DNA of 38,704 bases from a virus (IMGVR_UViG_3300023092_000005:1-38704), one strand, 5' to 3'. Positions 1 through 8,662 are shown, numbered from the stretch's first letter. Notes: generated by a model from the letters alone, not told the origin. Numbers and translations: made by a program.

Positions 1-126
1 TTCTAACCTGGTTCACGTCCCGTTGTATCTCTGTGGCTGAACGTACCGGGCCACCAGCGGGGGTGAGTTGGTCTGTCATCATGATTCTACGGATTTGCTG
101 GCGCAGGTCATCAGCCTTGGCGAATG
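1..126. repeat. Terminal direct repeat, copy 1 (circular assembly overlap)
   Basis: Bases 1-126 are identical to 38570-38695, and the portal frame is continuous across the join. Confidence 0.95.
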
Positions 127-1168
127 CGATATTGAAGTCAACACCTGTCGTTAGTGGGACTAGGTTATTCACGTCCGCGACCATGATGATCTGTCTTGCA
201 CCGATACGCACTGTGCGAGGATTCAATACGCCATCGTCTGCGGCCTTCCACATACCATTGACCGCTATATCCAGGTTCTTTAGTTCAAGCGCTTCCAGTT
301 GATTAAGTGTCTTGGTAGTCGGCAGAACTTTAGATCCCATGCCTGTAGCGTAGGGTGTGCCGGGAATACTTGACCAGCGCGGTACTGCACATGGAAATTC
401 CTCATAGCCTGATTCCCTGATGATCTTTCGGGTAGTCCGTTCGTAATGAGTAGACTTGAAGGGAAGGTTCTTGGCTAAGATGCCTTTAGCGTTACGGTTA
501 GGCTCTATCACCCATGCCACTTCTACTGTGGATGTGTATAGGCCATCATCAAACTTCTTCTTTGTCTCATCTGACAGGTTCTTGTACCCGTACTCACTGA
601 CCATCTGTTCTACTGTAGGCGTAAATATACGGGCGATAGTGTCAACTATTCCCCCAGGCTTAGAGCATGCGATGTAACACTGATTGAGCGGCCATGACTG
701 GAAGTTGTACCCACCTATCAGGTTGCCGTTGGTATCCCGTGCCTGCTCGATGTACATAACCATCCAGCCTGCGGGTATCTCATCGCTTAGACACTCGTTA
801 GATGCAGTATCGAAGTTTGATGCGTGAATGTTGGTAAAGATGAACTCAGTTGCACCGTCCATCCATGCGGTTTCACGTTCGCCATTCTGTCCTGCATCCA
901 GATTGAACCACAGACTATTCGCTGGTGTAGTGCCAGCAAGTATTGTGCTTTTAAGAACTTCGCATGCATCGATGGCGGTGTCATCGTATATCCTCGCTCT
1001 CAATGCAGTGGTGTTGGTGCTATCAGGAACGGATGTACCCTGCCATCCTAATGATCGTTCAGGGGCTAGGTATTGGAAGGCCTCTTGCCAGTTGTACTCC
1101 AATGGCTGACGTTGTGCCACCATCTGGCTTACACGGCGTTCCAGCTTGTCGATATCGGTATCAGCCAC
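1..1168 (-). CDS. Portal (head-tail connector) protein, 5' part; continues at 38569-38106
   Basis: GTG at 1168 overlaps the upstream TAG and reads MADTDIDKLERRVSQMVAQRQPLEYNWQEAFQYLAPER...IYDDTAIDAC. Joined length is 1632 nt (543 aa). Resembles the BPP-1/T7 gp8-type connector. Absent from the ORF track because it is cut by the window edge. Confidence 0.88.
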   Translation of the reverse strand, partial: MADTDIDKLERRVSQMVAQRQPLEYNWQEAFQYLAPERSLGWQGTSVPDSTNTTALRARIYDDTAIDACEVLKSTILAGTTPANSLWFNLDAGQNGERETAWMDGATEFIFTNIHASNFDTASNECLSDEIPAGWMVMYIEQARDTNGNLIGGYNFQSWPLNQCYIACSKPGGIVDTIARIFTPTVEQMVSEYGYKNLSDETKKKFDDGLYTSTVEVAWVIEPNRNAKGILAKNLPFKSTHYERTTRKIIRESGYEEFPCAVPRWSSIPGTPYATGMGSKVLPTTKTLNQLEALELKNLDIAVNGMWKAADDGVLNPRTVRIGARQIIMVADVNNLVPLTTGVDFNIAFAKADDLRQQIRRIMMTDQLTPAGGPVRSATEIQRDVNQVR

Positions 1169-1365
1169 TATGCGCCCAGCGTTACTTTGCCGGTATCAGC
1201 CATCAAGCCTGCACCTGTCTCCAATGCACTGGCTGCACGGCTACGCTTCTTGAGGGTTGTCTCCTCATTGGCTTTGCGCTGTGCTTCGGCTTGAGCCTTG
1301 GCTGCTGTCACTGCGGGGTCTTCTACTACTTCCCGTTTGGGGGCTTTGCTTGATGTGCTACCCAT
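1168..1365 (-). CDS. Small virion-associated protein upstream of the portal
   Basis: MGSTSSKAPK start, Ala/Lys-rich helix and a TLG C-terminus; coupled to the portal start. Confidence 0.65.
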   Translation of the reverse strand: MGSTSSKAPKREVVEDPAVTAAKAQAEAQRKANEETTLKKRSRAASALETGAGLMADTGKVTLGA

Positions 1366-1606
1366 TTGTAGGTTCCTCGAATGCGCAAGGTGTGAACTTG
1401 CTAGGATCATTGATACTTGCTACGTACACACTGCCATCCGTGAATGCTGAGTAGATGTTATTGCCGAACTGCCACAGGTTGACCAGTTGCTTGTCTACAG
1501 CAGGCGCTGAGTCAATAGGATAAGTAGCAGGAGACACAGGGAAGCTAAATGTCTCCAAATCGCCACTGGCTACCATCTGGAATGCATCTGGTTTAGGCTT
1601 AGCCAT
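1358..1606 (-). CDS. Hypothetical protein
   Basis: 82 aa ORF packed tightly in the late operon. Confidence 0.65.
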   Translation of the reverse strand: MAKPKPDAFQMVASGDLETFSFPVSPATYPIDSAPAVDKQLVNLWQFGNNIYSAFTDGSVYVASINDPSKFTPCAFEEPTNG

Positions 1607-1607
1607 G

Positions 1608-1982
1608 CTAGTTCACATTCTCAGGTTTAGGAGGCCAGCCAGGGTGACATATCCAGCCAATGTCGCTTAACTCAGGGGGGAATGGCTCACCTGCTGCCTT
1701 GGCTTTGGATTGACGCTTCTGTACTTCATCGGCTGTCGGCAACTTAACATTCGTAGGTGCTGTGCCTGTGGCTTGGTTCTTCAATAACTGATTGAGCAAT
1801 GCTTTCAGTTCGATGTTGTCTTGAAGAATCTTTGCTGCGTCTGTTTCGTTTACATCAATAGGGGCTGTAGTGGGATTCTCGATAACACCATCACCGCCCT
1901 TTTCCAGTTGTTCTTTGATGTCTGTATCGGGCTTAGTATCTTTAGGGGTATCGCCAGGGGTCTTAGGTACGCCACGTGTCAT
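1608..1982 (-). CDS. Hypothetical protein, first gene of the late operon
   Basis: 124 aa ORF with GGAG SD, downstream of tandem promoters. Confidence 0.75.
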   Translation of the reverse strand: MTRGVPKTPGDTPKDTKPDTDIKEQLEKGGDGVIENPTTAPIDVNETDAAKILQDNIELKALLNQLLKNQATGTAPTNVKLPTADEVQKRQSKAKAAGEPFPPELSDIGWICHPGWPPKPENVN

Positions 1983-2011
1983 GATATATCTCCATTAGGG
2001 GTTGCCTTGTG

Positions 2012-2040
2012 TTTATACAATGCTACCGTGGATTAGTCAA
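2012..2040 (-). promoter_or_regulatory. Sigma70-type promoter (late operon, proximal)
   Basis: TTGACT-17 bp-TATAAA on the minus strand. Confidence 0.6.
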
Positions 2041-2054
2041 TACATCCGCGCGTG

Positions 2055-2085
2055 ATTATATCATTCCTATTTTTGGAATAGTCAA
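2055..2085 (-). promoter_or_regulatory. Sigma70-type promoter with 19-bp dyad-containing spacer (late operon, distal)
   Basis: TTGACT-19 bp-TATAAT with extended -10 TG; the spacer contains ATTCC-N7-GGAAT. Confidence 0.6.
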
Positions 2086-2100
2086 GAGGCATTATTCCAG

Positions 2101-2334
2101 CTACTGCCATATTATGCGCGGCCTAGTATCGTGGATGAAATCTTTCCTGAGTTGGTCTGGTATTTCACGATAGCACTGCGCATACATACGCACCGCAGCT
2201 TGAGGATTGCCCATACGCCACATGCGGTTTGCCTCCTTGAATATCTCCTCACGCCGTGCCATCTCTTCCTCACGCGCTAGGCTCCATTCCATTTGCTGTT
2301 TGGTCAATATTCCTAGGTACGGGTATGTTTTCAT
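2101..2334 (-). CDS. Hypothetical protein
   Basis: 77 aa ORF with ATGA overlap to the upstream gene. Confidence 0.65.
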   Translation of the reverse strand: MKTYPYLGILTKQQMEWSLAREEEMARREEIFKEANRMWRMGNPQAAVRMYAQCYREIPDQLRKDFIHDTRPRIIWQ

Positions 2335-2657
2335 TCCGGCATCTCCCCTATCTCATCCTTGTAAATATCTTTGTAGCGCTTGCTGTCCTGATTGGCTTTG
2401 ATAGCCGTTACGAATGTACGCTTCACATCATCATCAGTGGTGATTATGTAAAATGAATAGTTGGTGCTGTAAAAACGTCCATAGCAGATGAAGCCCCCGA
2501 ACATAGGATCGTCTAGGTCTACTGCTGGCAGGATGAATCCACCTGTTATGACCGATACGTGAGGATCTAGGGTCTCGGTAGCCAATATCTCTAGGATAGT
2601 CTTTATGTCATCAGGGCTGTCTATGTCACGGCCTGCGGTAAGTATCTTAGTTGTCAT
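2331..2657 (-). CDS. Hypothetical protein
   Basis: Probable start MTTKILTAG at 2657, rather than the 2741 start in the ORF track. Confidence 0.6.
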   Translation of the reverse strand: MTTKILTAGRDIDSPDDIKTILEILATETLDPHVSVITGGFILPAVDLDDPMFGGFICYGRFYSTNYSFYIITTDDDVKRTFVTAIKANQDSKRYKDIYKDEIGEMPE

Positions 2658-2862
2658 TTGATCCTGCCTCGCCATAAACCTTCCCGTCATGATCCCATAC
2701 TTGAATCTTGGTTGATAAATCCACAATGTGGAAGAAGTCATAGTTTTCGCCAGTGTCTTGCAGACCTATCAAGGCCTCATCAATGGAACTGTATGATCCG
2801 ATGTAATCTCTCCACCCACCGGCTGCATCATACGCATCATACGCAAATAATAAATAATTCAT
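2647..2862 (-). CDS. Hypothetical phage protein
   Basis: 71 aa; YLLFAYDAY..GGW.DY.GS motif seen in small phage proteins; ATGA overlap. Confidence 0.7.
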   Translation of the reverse strand: MNYLLFAYDAYDAAGGWRDYIGSYSSIDEALIGLQDTGENYDFFHIVDLSTKIQVWDHDGKVYGEAGSNDN

Positions 2863-3080
2863 GGCTGTGTCGCCCTTCCTATGGCTTCCAAAAGGTCAAT
2901 AGGCTCGTTACCAGTAATGAAATTGCCCACGTCCTTGACCAGTGTGCGTAGCTTATGGTGATGCCCGGCAAAGTCATCGCATAGCTTGCGCATGCCCCCC
3001 ATGCGTATTATATCCTCTAGATCATCGTCAGTCATGCCGGCTGTGGCTAGTTGTTCCAGGTTGCTGCGTAGAAAACTCAT
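2859..3080 (-). CDS. Hypothetical protein
   Basis: 73 aa ORF overlapping both neighbours by 4 bp. Confidence 0.65.
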   Translation of the reverse strand: MSFLRSNLEQLATAGMTDDDLEDIIRMGGMRKLCDDFAGHHHKLRTLVKDVGNFITGNEPIDLLEAIGRATQP

Positions 3081-3253
3081 TTTACACTCACTAGGATTCT
3101 TAGGGCTTGTGGATAATGCTCTCTCGCTGCGTCAATTAGAGCGCTGGCTGAGTATTCTTCCTCCAATGGATACATCACCACTAGACGTGATTTTGTAACC
3201 TGAACGTATATCTTATTTTCGTGCTTTGGTTCGTTAATCTGCAATCCAGTCAT
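3077..3253 (-). CDS. Hypothetical protein (58 aa, not in ORF track)
   Basis: MTGLQINEPKHENKIYVQVTKSRLVVMYPLEEE...LVSVK; start overlaps the RusA stop and its stop overlaps the next start. Confidence 0.6.
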   Translation of the reverse strand: MTGLQINEPKHENKIYVQVTKSRLVVMYPLEEEYSASALIDAAREHYPQALRILVSVK

Positions 3254-3624
3254 TATCCTATCTCCACTACCATGTAAGAATCTGTTGATTTATCGTAACC
3301 ACGCTTTAACGTTATAGGCTCGAACTGCTTATCATCAATACGTAATACCTCCGCAATGCCGTCCAGTGCTGACTTACTCGCTGCCAGGCAATTATCCAGA
3401 TCAGTTGACCGCTTGTCTTTGCGCACAAAGGTAATTGTCAGCGGTATCTTGCCTACAGCACCGCAATATTCTATGTGTGGCGCTTTGTTTAGTTCTGCCA
3501 TAGTCAGGAAACCTGCCACATTGAATGCTTTGTTCTTGATTGATACCGTAGCTCCCCAATGCCTCCCGTTCTTGCGATTAGGCATAAGCCCTGGTGATGG
3601 GTATGGCAGTATAATTTTCAGCAT
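3253..3624 (-). CDS. rusA: RusA-like Holliday junction resolvase
   Basis: LPYPS...DKRSTDLDNCLAASKSALDGIAEVLRIDDKQF matches the RusA D-x-D-N..K..LD..DD pattern. Confidence 0.8.
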   Translation of the reverse strand: MLKIILPYPSPGLMPNRKNGRHWGATVSIKNKAFNVAGFLTMAELNKAPHIEYCGAVGKIPLTITFVRKDKRSTDLDNCLAASKSALDGIAEVLRIDDKQFEPITLKRGYDKSTDSYMVVEIG

Positions 3625-3914
3625 TTAATCATCCCCTTTGCAATCAGCTTAATTTGCGTCTCCAGCACGCCTTCATAATGAGCCAGCTTCAAGAACTCAC
3701 GGCTTAGCCCTGTTTGCAATCTACCGTCTACAGCGTCATGGCATGCTGAGCAGGCATAAGCACCGTGTATGTCCTGTGCCTTCAATCCCATTCCATGCCC
3801 GAACCTTACGCCGTTGATATGCGCCATCACGACAGTCTCAGGATTATGGTTGCATATACCACCCAGCCTAATGGTGCAATCTTCGCCGTTAGCGCTTGCT
3901 GTGATTTTACTCAA
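3618..3914 (-). CDS. DUF1364 / YbcO-like Zn-binding nuclease-domain protein
   Basis: SANGEDCTIRL.GICNHNPETVVMAH...GMGLK..D..GAYACSACHDAVDGR. Confidence 0.85.
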   Translation of the reverse strand: MSKITASANGEDCTIRLGGICNHNPETVVMAHINGVRFGHGMGLKAQDIHGAYACSACHDAVDGRLQTGLSREFLKLAHYEGVLETQIKLIAKGMIKC

Positions 3915-4360
3915 TGTTCGCTCCTATTGCTGCTAAACTGCACACCCAACTCTCCCGCGCCCCATGCTTCGATAGCCTGAATGTATTCAGAGAAACAGGT
4001 CTTTTCCAATTGTGTAGTTGATACGATACCAAAAACGCCGTCTGGAGATTCTACCCACTTCGATGCTTTGCTCCCATCCTTTAGTGTTACCTCATCTGGA
4101 AGCACATGTCGCTTTAGGTAATCATGCCAGATATCTGTGTTGTATTGCCGCCCACGAATCCAGCCCTGCTTTGCTATCTCGCCGATTCTTATCCACATCA
4201 AACTGTTCGCGTCTTGACTCCTCGGCCTCTTAGCCTCCTCTATAGTGATGGAGAGGGGGCGGATTGGGTCAATGGGAACGTTACGCAATAACTGGATCGC
4301 TGACCCTCGGGATAGCTCCGTTGGTAATGTAATAACTCGCTTCTCGAACTTAGGTCTCAT
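3911..4360 (-). CDS. ninB: NinB family recombination protein
   Basis: RS.DAN.LMW..I.EIAKQ...WHDYLK...STTQL....FSEYIQAIEAWGA.ELGV.F. Confidence 0.8.
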   Translation of the reverse strand: MRPKFEKRVITLPTELSRGSAIQLLRNVPIDPIRPLSITIEEAKRPRSQDANSLMWIRIGEIAKQGWIRGRQYNTDIWHDYLKRHVLPDEVTLKDGSKASKWVESPDGVFGIVSTTQLEKTCFSEYIQAIEAWGAGELGVQFSSNRSEH

Positions 4361-4545
4361 GGCTTCCCCTTCGTCGTCTTCTTGTGGATTTGCATCATGT
4401 GACGTTCAACATCGGCGGCATAGCTGGGGTCATGGATAACGCGAAAGTGAGCCAGCATGGTAGTGCGGGTATCTTTGCGCAGAATCATCTTCATCATGAA
4501 TTCAGCCATGTCTTTAGCATTCAGCTTAGGACTTTCCATTGCCAT
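4357..4545 (-). CDS. Hypothetical protein
   Basis: 62 aa ORF coupled to ninB. Confidence 0.55.
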   Translation of the reverse strand: MAMESPKLNAKDMAEFMMKMILRKDTRTTMLAHFRVIHDPSYAADVERHMMQIHKKTTKGKP

Positions 4546-4870
4546 ACTGCACCCATCCGATCATTGCGTTACCTGTCTTTGCATTGTGCCGAGGCTCTCC
4601 ATTCTTATCCAGCTTCGGGCCTTTGTTCATAATGACCATGTTGGCGACCTTACCGGTCGAAGCAATCCGCATCCAGTCATCACAAAACTGTGGTGCGTCG
4701 AATATAGGGCTTCTCTGCGAAGGCTTATCTAATAACCAATCCCGTTCGGCAATCAGCGATATTCTGGTGTAAAACTCTGAGATAGATTCATTGGGGCGCT
4801 TTATGTGCTTCTTCTCCATCTTCTTCAAGTAATCGTCGTGCTTGTTCCCAAATACACAAAATGAACTCAT
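4526..4870 (-). CDS. Hypothetical protein
   Basis: 114 aa ORF with a strong AAGGAG SD. Confidence 0.65.
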   Translation of the reverse strand: MSSFCVFGNKHDDYLKKMEKKHIKRPNESISEFYTRISLIAERDWLLDKPSQRSPIFDAPQFCDDWMRIASTGKVANMVIMNKGPKLDKNGEPRHNAKTGNAMIGWVQYGNGKS

Positions 4871-4953
4871 TTTAATTCTCCTTGGTTACATTCATATCCG
4901 TTAGTGCGTACAGTTGCCTCCTCTTTTTGTTCATTATCTCAGTGGAGTTCGCT

Positions 4954-5265
4954 CTATACTGATACGGTTTGTTGTGGCGCTATCAACTTCCTAACTTGCC
5001 CTAGCGTCGAGTTGAAGTCATTGGCTTGCTGTTTGTGAAATTCCACTCTCTCTTGGTAGAACTCAACTAAATATTGTTTGGCTTCTTCGAACGTTGGGTA
5101 ATATTTTTCGTAATTTGCAATACGGTCATGGCGTTCTATCTGCCAAGTGTCAGGCCCGCTATATGACCATTGCCTATCGTTACTCCAGACAGACTTATCA
5201 TTAAATCTATCAACCTCAACTGTGACTATCTTTCGATCGTATTCAACCTTGTACCATGTTTCCAT
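4954..5265 (-). CDS. Hypothetical protein, paralogue of 9509-9793
   Basis: GAGGAG SD; shares VEV.R....SV and Y..T.EEAK.YL motifs with 9509-9793. Confidence 0.7.
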   Translation of the reverse strand: METWYKVEYDRKIVTVEVDRFNDKSVWSNDRQWSYSGPDTWQIERHDRIANYEKYYPTFEEAKQYLVEFYQERVEFHKQQANDFNSTLGQVRKLIAPQQTVSV

Positions 5266-5318
5266 TTTCTACTCCTCTTTTCATTCGATTGGTGAAGCGG
5301 TTGTTATAGTGATAAGGG

Positions 5319-5921
5319 TTAATACGCCAGCTGCAATGTCGCTTTCGTTGTGCAATGGTCAGCAAGCGTCCTGTACACTTCGCCAATATTCTCGTTGGCA
5401 AAGCTCTTGTAGCCATCGCCGTACTTTTCTGCAAAGAACATGTGATTGATTGCATGTACTACTCCTGTCGATGTAGTGTTAAACCATGTGTGTACTTCTT
5501 GGTCGCTCGGGCCTTCGTAATATTCCTCACGATTCCAAGGGTCAGGCAGTATGCGATTGCATTCATGGCCTTTAATCCTGAACACTATCCAGCCAGCCTT
5601 CTCGAGCTTCTTATCCCTGATTGCATCACGTTCCGCATCGTGGAACTCTTTACCGTCGCACTCAATGGCTATCTTTTTAAAAGGGTTAGCGAAGTCCAGG
5701 AAGTAGCCACATATTGGCAGCTGCGGATAGAACGGAACTCCTGAACTTCGGATATCACTCCATACTGAATATTCGATCGGCGTAAACTCAGTTATCCAAT
5801 CACGAAAGTAAGGGTCATGCCTTTGCTCTCCAGTTTCGGCGTATTCTTCTAGCCATAATGGTAAACGTTCTTCCCACATGCGCTTAATTTCAGCAAAGCG
5901 TTCAACGATATCAGCGTCCAA
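5319..5921 (-). CDS. DUF559 / Vsr-like PD-(D/E)xK endonuclease-domain protein
   Basis: FYPQLPICGYFLDFANP.KKIAIECDG.EFH....D..RD..L...GW.V.R. Confidence 0.8.
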   Translation of the reverse strand: MDADIVERFAEIKRMWEERLPLWLEEYAETGEQRHDPYFRDWITEFTPIEYSVWSDIRSSGVPFYPQLPICGYFLDFANPFKKIAIECDGKEFHDAERDAIRDKKLEKAGWIVFRIKGHECNRILPDPWNREEYYEGPSDQEVHTWFNTTSTGVVHAINHMFFAEKYGDGYKSFANENIGEVYRTLADHCTTKATLQLAY

Positions 5922-7245
5922 AGCGTCCTCCTTTCCCTGTGCTGATTACTGGCACAACTGGCGCAAGCCATCCATGCGCTATGTTTGAGAAGTGCATGGT
6001 TTCCTTGGTGAACTGTGTCATCACGTCCTTGGTGGCTCCATGACGGTTCTTGCGGATAATCAATTCAGCAATGCCAACATACTGGCTGTCCTTGTTCTTT
6101 TGTTCATCGCGGTAAAGCATGATTACTACGTCTGCATCCTGCTCGATAGAACCAGATTCCCGCAAGTCACTCAATAACGGCCTACTATCTGCCCGAGAAT
6201 CGCAGTCACGGTTAAGCTGCGCCAATACGATGACAGGAATATCCAGTTCTTTAGCCAGTGATTTAAGTCCAGCTGATATGTTGGCAATCTCCCGCTCCCG
6301 AGTTTCCGACTTGAATTTCATCAGCTGCATGTAATCAATGACGATGCAATCTAAACCCTTCCTGCGCTTTAGCCTGCGTACCCTAGAGCGTAATTTAGCC
6401 ATGGGCAGGCCTTCTTGTTCATCAATGGTTATTGGTAGCTTGGTGACGCTTCCAGCTGCCTTTGCAAACTTGTTGTAATCTTCGTCCTGCCAGTTTTTAA
6501 TGTTTCCTATATCCAGATTAGCGTCGATCGCCATTATCCTTGTGGCTATCTCTCGGGCTGGCATCTCGAGCGTGGCAAAGTAAACCTGCTTATCCTCTCG
6601 GGCAATGTTATGTGCGATCGTGCAAGCCAATGCAGTTTTCCCCATAGAAGGTCTAGCCGCTATCACATACACCGCACCGCCCCTTAATCCACCTAGTACA
6701 TTGTCCAAGTCCACCAGCCCTGTGCCTTGATAGGTTACGCCATCAATCACATTGCCTAAATGTTCTACCGCTTGTTTTACAGCTGATTCAATATGCTTGG
6801 GTTCGTTGGTTTCCCGCTTCTCGAGAATTGAGAATATGCTAGCCTCCGCTTTTTCTACAATGTCAGCTGCGCTTTCATATGGACGTTCGCAGTCCATAAT
6901 AATCTCGGTCGCTATCGTGAATAGCTCACGAACTAAGGCACTGTCTTTAACCTTGGCACAATAAGCCTTGATGTTCGCACCTCCAGGAGAGTTGGTAATC
7001 AGGTCGCCTAGATATCCGACTGCTCCCGTTATGGCTGTATCTTTGTTCTGCTCGAGCTTTTCCGCTACCGTGATAATGTCGATCGGTTGATTCGCTTCTG
7101 CCAGCTGGAGCATCGCTTTAAATATAACCTTGTGCCTGTAGGTATAGAAATCCTCTGGCGATATATCCAAGTCATCAATGCGGAATGGTTCGCGGAGCAA
7201 TCCGCCTAAAATACCCATCTCGCTATCAAGATAGTTAGTTTCCAT
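5911..7245 (-). CDS. dnaB: Replicative DNA helicase, DnaB family
   Basis: AARPSMGKT Walker A, LEM, IVIDYMQL, LAQLNR, DLRESGSIEQDAD, KNRHG. Confidence 0.96.
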   Translation of the reverse strand: METNYLDSEMGILGGLLREPFRIDDLDISPEDFYTYRHKVIFKAMLQLAEANQPIDIITVAEKLEQNKDTAITGAVGYLGDLITNSPGGANIKAYCAKVKDSALVRELFTIATEIIMDCERPYESAADIVEKAEASIFSILEKRETNEPKHIESAVKQAVEHLGNVIDGVTYQGTGLVDLDNVLGGLRGGAVYVIAARPSMGKTALACTIAHNIAREDKQVYFATLEMPAREIATRIMAIDANLDIGNIKNWQDEDYNKFAKAAGSVTKLPITIDEQEGLPMAKLRSRVRRLKRRKGLDCIVIDYMQLMKFKSETREREIANISAGLKSLAKELDIPVIVLAQLNRDCDSRADSRPLLSDLRESGSIEQDADVVIMLYRDEQKNKDSQYVGIAELIIRKNRHGATKDVMTQFTKETMHFSNIAHGWLAPVVPVISTGKGGRFGR

Positions 7246-7973
7246 TAAACAGTCCTGTTCTCATATTTACCTTCCGTTATCTTTACCAGATTGCTTGAAT
7301 TTAATATCCATTCAATATCTGCCTGCCATGCTGTCGATCGGCCAGTAAGAAAATCTGACTTCGCTATGAAAGAAAATAATTCATCCCACCATGGAAGCTC
7401 TTGACGTTCTTTTGATTCTCTCCACCTTGCCTTTAATAACTTCCTGCGTTTTTCAGTCCAGTCCCTTACTTGAGTAAGCATTGGTAAGTGCTGGGCATAG
7501 AGTTTAAGTATTTCGTTATGAGGGCAGTCATCAGCGATAGCTGGGGACAATGTATTATTATGGTTACTAGTTATTGGTTTATAGTTATTAGTTAGTTGCT
7601 CATCTGTAGTACTGATGTTCAACACCTGTTCAACACCTGTTCTTTTCTGTTGCCTTGATAATGCGCTTGCAATACCTGCTCTAGCTTTAGCGCTAGTATT
7701 GGCGCGGTACTTGGCAATCTCGCGTTCGCAACGATCATTTACAAAACCATCATCAGTTTCATAAAAAAACTCTGACAATACGTTCTTCAATGCCTCTTTT
7801 TCTTCTTCTGTTACTGCTAATAGCACTCGAGCCAGCTTATTAAAATCAGAAATAAGAGGATTTTCAGTGTCGTAATAAAGCTCTATTGCATCAGAATATA
7901 ACGAACGTTCAACACGTGTTAAATGCCGAGTAGCATTATTAAAGTCTGCTATGTTCTTCTGGTAGAAGTGCAT
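7245..7973 (-). CDS. Phage replication initiator (DUF1376/YdaU-type N-terminus)
   Basis: MHFY..NIADF..AT.HLT..ER..Y...IELYY.TE.PL N-terminus and W.ADIEWIL..SN.VKITEGKY C-terminus; internal iterons; directly upstream of dnaB. Confidence 0.85.
   Translation of the reverse strand: MHFYQKNIADFNNATRHLTRVERSLYSDAIELYYDTENPLISDFNKLARVLLAVTEEEKEALKNVLSEFFYETDDGFVNDRCEREIAKYRANTSAKARAGIASALSRQQKRTGVEQVLNISTTDEQLTNNYKPITSNHNNTLSPAIADDCPHNEILKLYAQHLPMLTQVRDWTEKRRKLLKARWRESKERQELPWWDELFSFIAKSDFLTGRSTAWQADIEWILNSSNLVKITEGKYENRTV
7555..7642. repeat. Probable replication origin: iterons plus AT-rich tract inside the initiator gene
   Basis: TGTTCAACACC twice plus TGTTC (7616-7642) beside an AT-rich tract with repeated TAGTTATT; a further GTTCAACAC at 7907-7915. 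Same layout as lambda ori within gene O. Confidence 0.6.
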
Positions 7974-7974
7974 A

Positions 7975-8109
7975 TTAGCCAGCCAATGCCTCTTTAATAG
8001 CCATAGCCCATTTATGCACAGCCTCGGCTTTCTCTGGTGTCTTCTTACGCCCTATAGGTATTAGCTTGGCTAGGTGTAGGGCACGATCTAATTTGTCTTG
8101 GTTAGTCAT
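7975..8109 (-). CDS. Hypothetical protein (44 aa, not in ORF track)
   Basis: MTNQDKLDRALHLAKLIPIGRKKTPEKAEAVHKWAMAIKEALAG fills the gap exactly; GAGG SD. Confidence 0.55.
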   Translation of the reverse strand: MTNQDKLDRALHLAKLIPIGRKKTPEKAEAVHKWAMAIKEALAG

Positions 8110-8248
8110 GGTTGATTGCCTCATCAATGAAAAAAAAGATTACAGCCAGCACTATCGCAACTAGTCCGGTAATCATCGCTGTATCTCGACTAATATGCGG
8201 AGCAATATAAATCATTGCGGCTATTAGATAGAATTTGTAGGTAGGCAT
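8102..8248 (-). CDS. Small membrane protein (48 aa)
   Basis: MPTYKFYLIAAMIYIAPH...GLVAIVLAVIFFFI; starts 1 nt after the Cro-like stop. Confidence 0.55.
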   Translation of the reverse strand: MPTYKFYLIAAMIYIAPHISRDTAMITGLVAIVLAVIFFFIDEAINHD

Positions 8249-8249
8249 A

Positions 8250-8429
8250 TCAGTCTGCCAACCGCTTGAAGTAGTCATTAAGCTCCTGGACAAGCGTTGC
8301 TTTGCCATCCCCTACCTTTATCATGTTGTAAAGGTTTTGCTTGCTTGTACCTACCTTATCAGCGACAGCAGGGATATTGATCTGCGGCTCATTTAGCTTT
8401 CGTATTACATATTGAATCATTGTTTCCAT
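8250..8429 (-). CDS. Cro-like HTH regulator (59 aa, not in ORF track)
   Basis: METMIQYVIRKLNEPQINIPAVADKVGTSKQNLYNMIKVG...; HTH pattern AVADKVGTS..NLY; AGGAG SD; first gene after the leftward promoter. Confidence 0.75.
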   Translation of the reverse strand: METMIQYVIRKLNEPQINIPAVADKVGTSKQNLYNMIKVGDGKATLVQELNDYFKRLAD

Positions 8430-8456
8430 GTTAGCTCCTGAGTTGTACTGTTTTCA

Positions 8457-8485
8457 AGTTTAGTTGACTAGATGAAAATACGCAA
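8457..8485 (-). promoter_or_regulatory. Leftward early promoter (cro/replication arm)
   Basis: TTGCGT-17 bp-TAAACT. Confidence 0.6.
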
Positions 8486-8519
8486 TAGGGGAACGAACAA
8501 ATATTTTTGTCTTGGGGTA

Positions 8520-8549
8520 TTGACACGGAGATATGAGGCGTGCGAAGAT
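8520..8549 (+). promoter_or_regulatory. Rightward early promoter
   Basis: TTGACA-18 bp-GAAGAT with TG extension, at the strand-divergence point. Confidence 0.5.
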
Positions 8550-8662
8550 TCTATCCATGCACTGCCGTTTCAAGTCGTATCAGTATATGTAAGTACGATA
8601 CGCTGATGGACAAAGTAAGGTTTAGGTTTGCACTCTAACTCAACAAACACAGGAGAGATGAA

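Noticed and set aside
1-126. 126-bp repeat as a biological terminal repeat
   Set aside because: It falls mid-portal and its length is close to a typical assembler k-mer, so it shows circularity only.
7616-7642. Short tandem repeats as a CRISPR or contingency locus
   Set aside because: Only 2.5 copies of 11 bp with no spacers; better explained as ori iterons.
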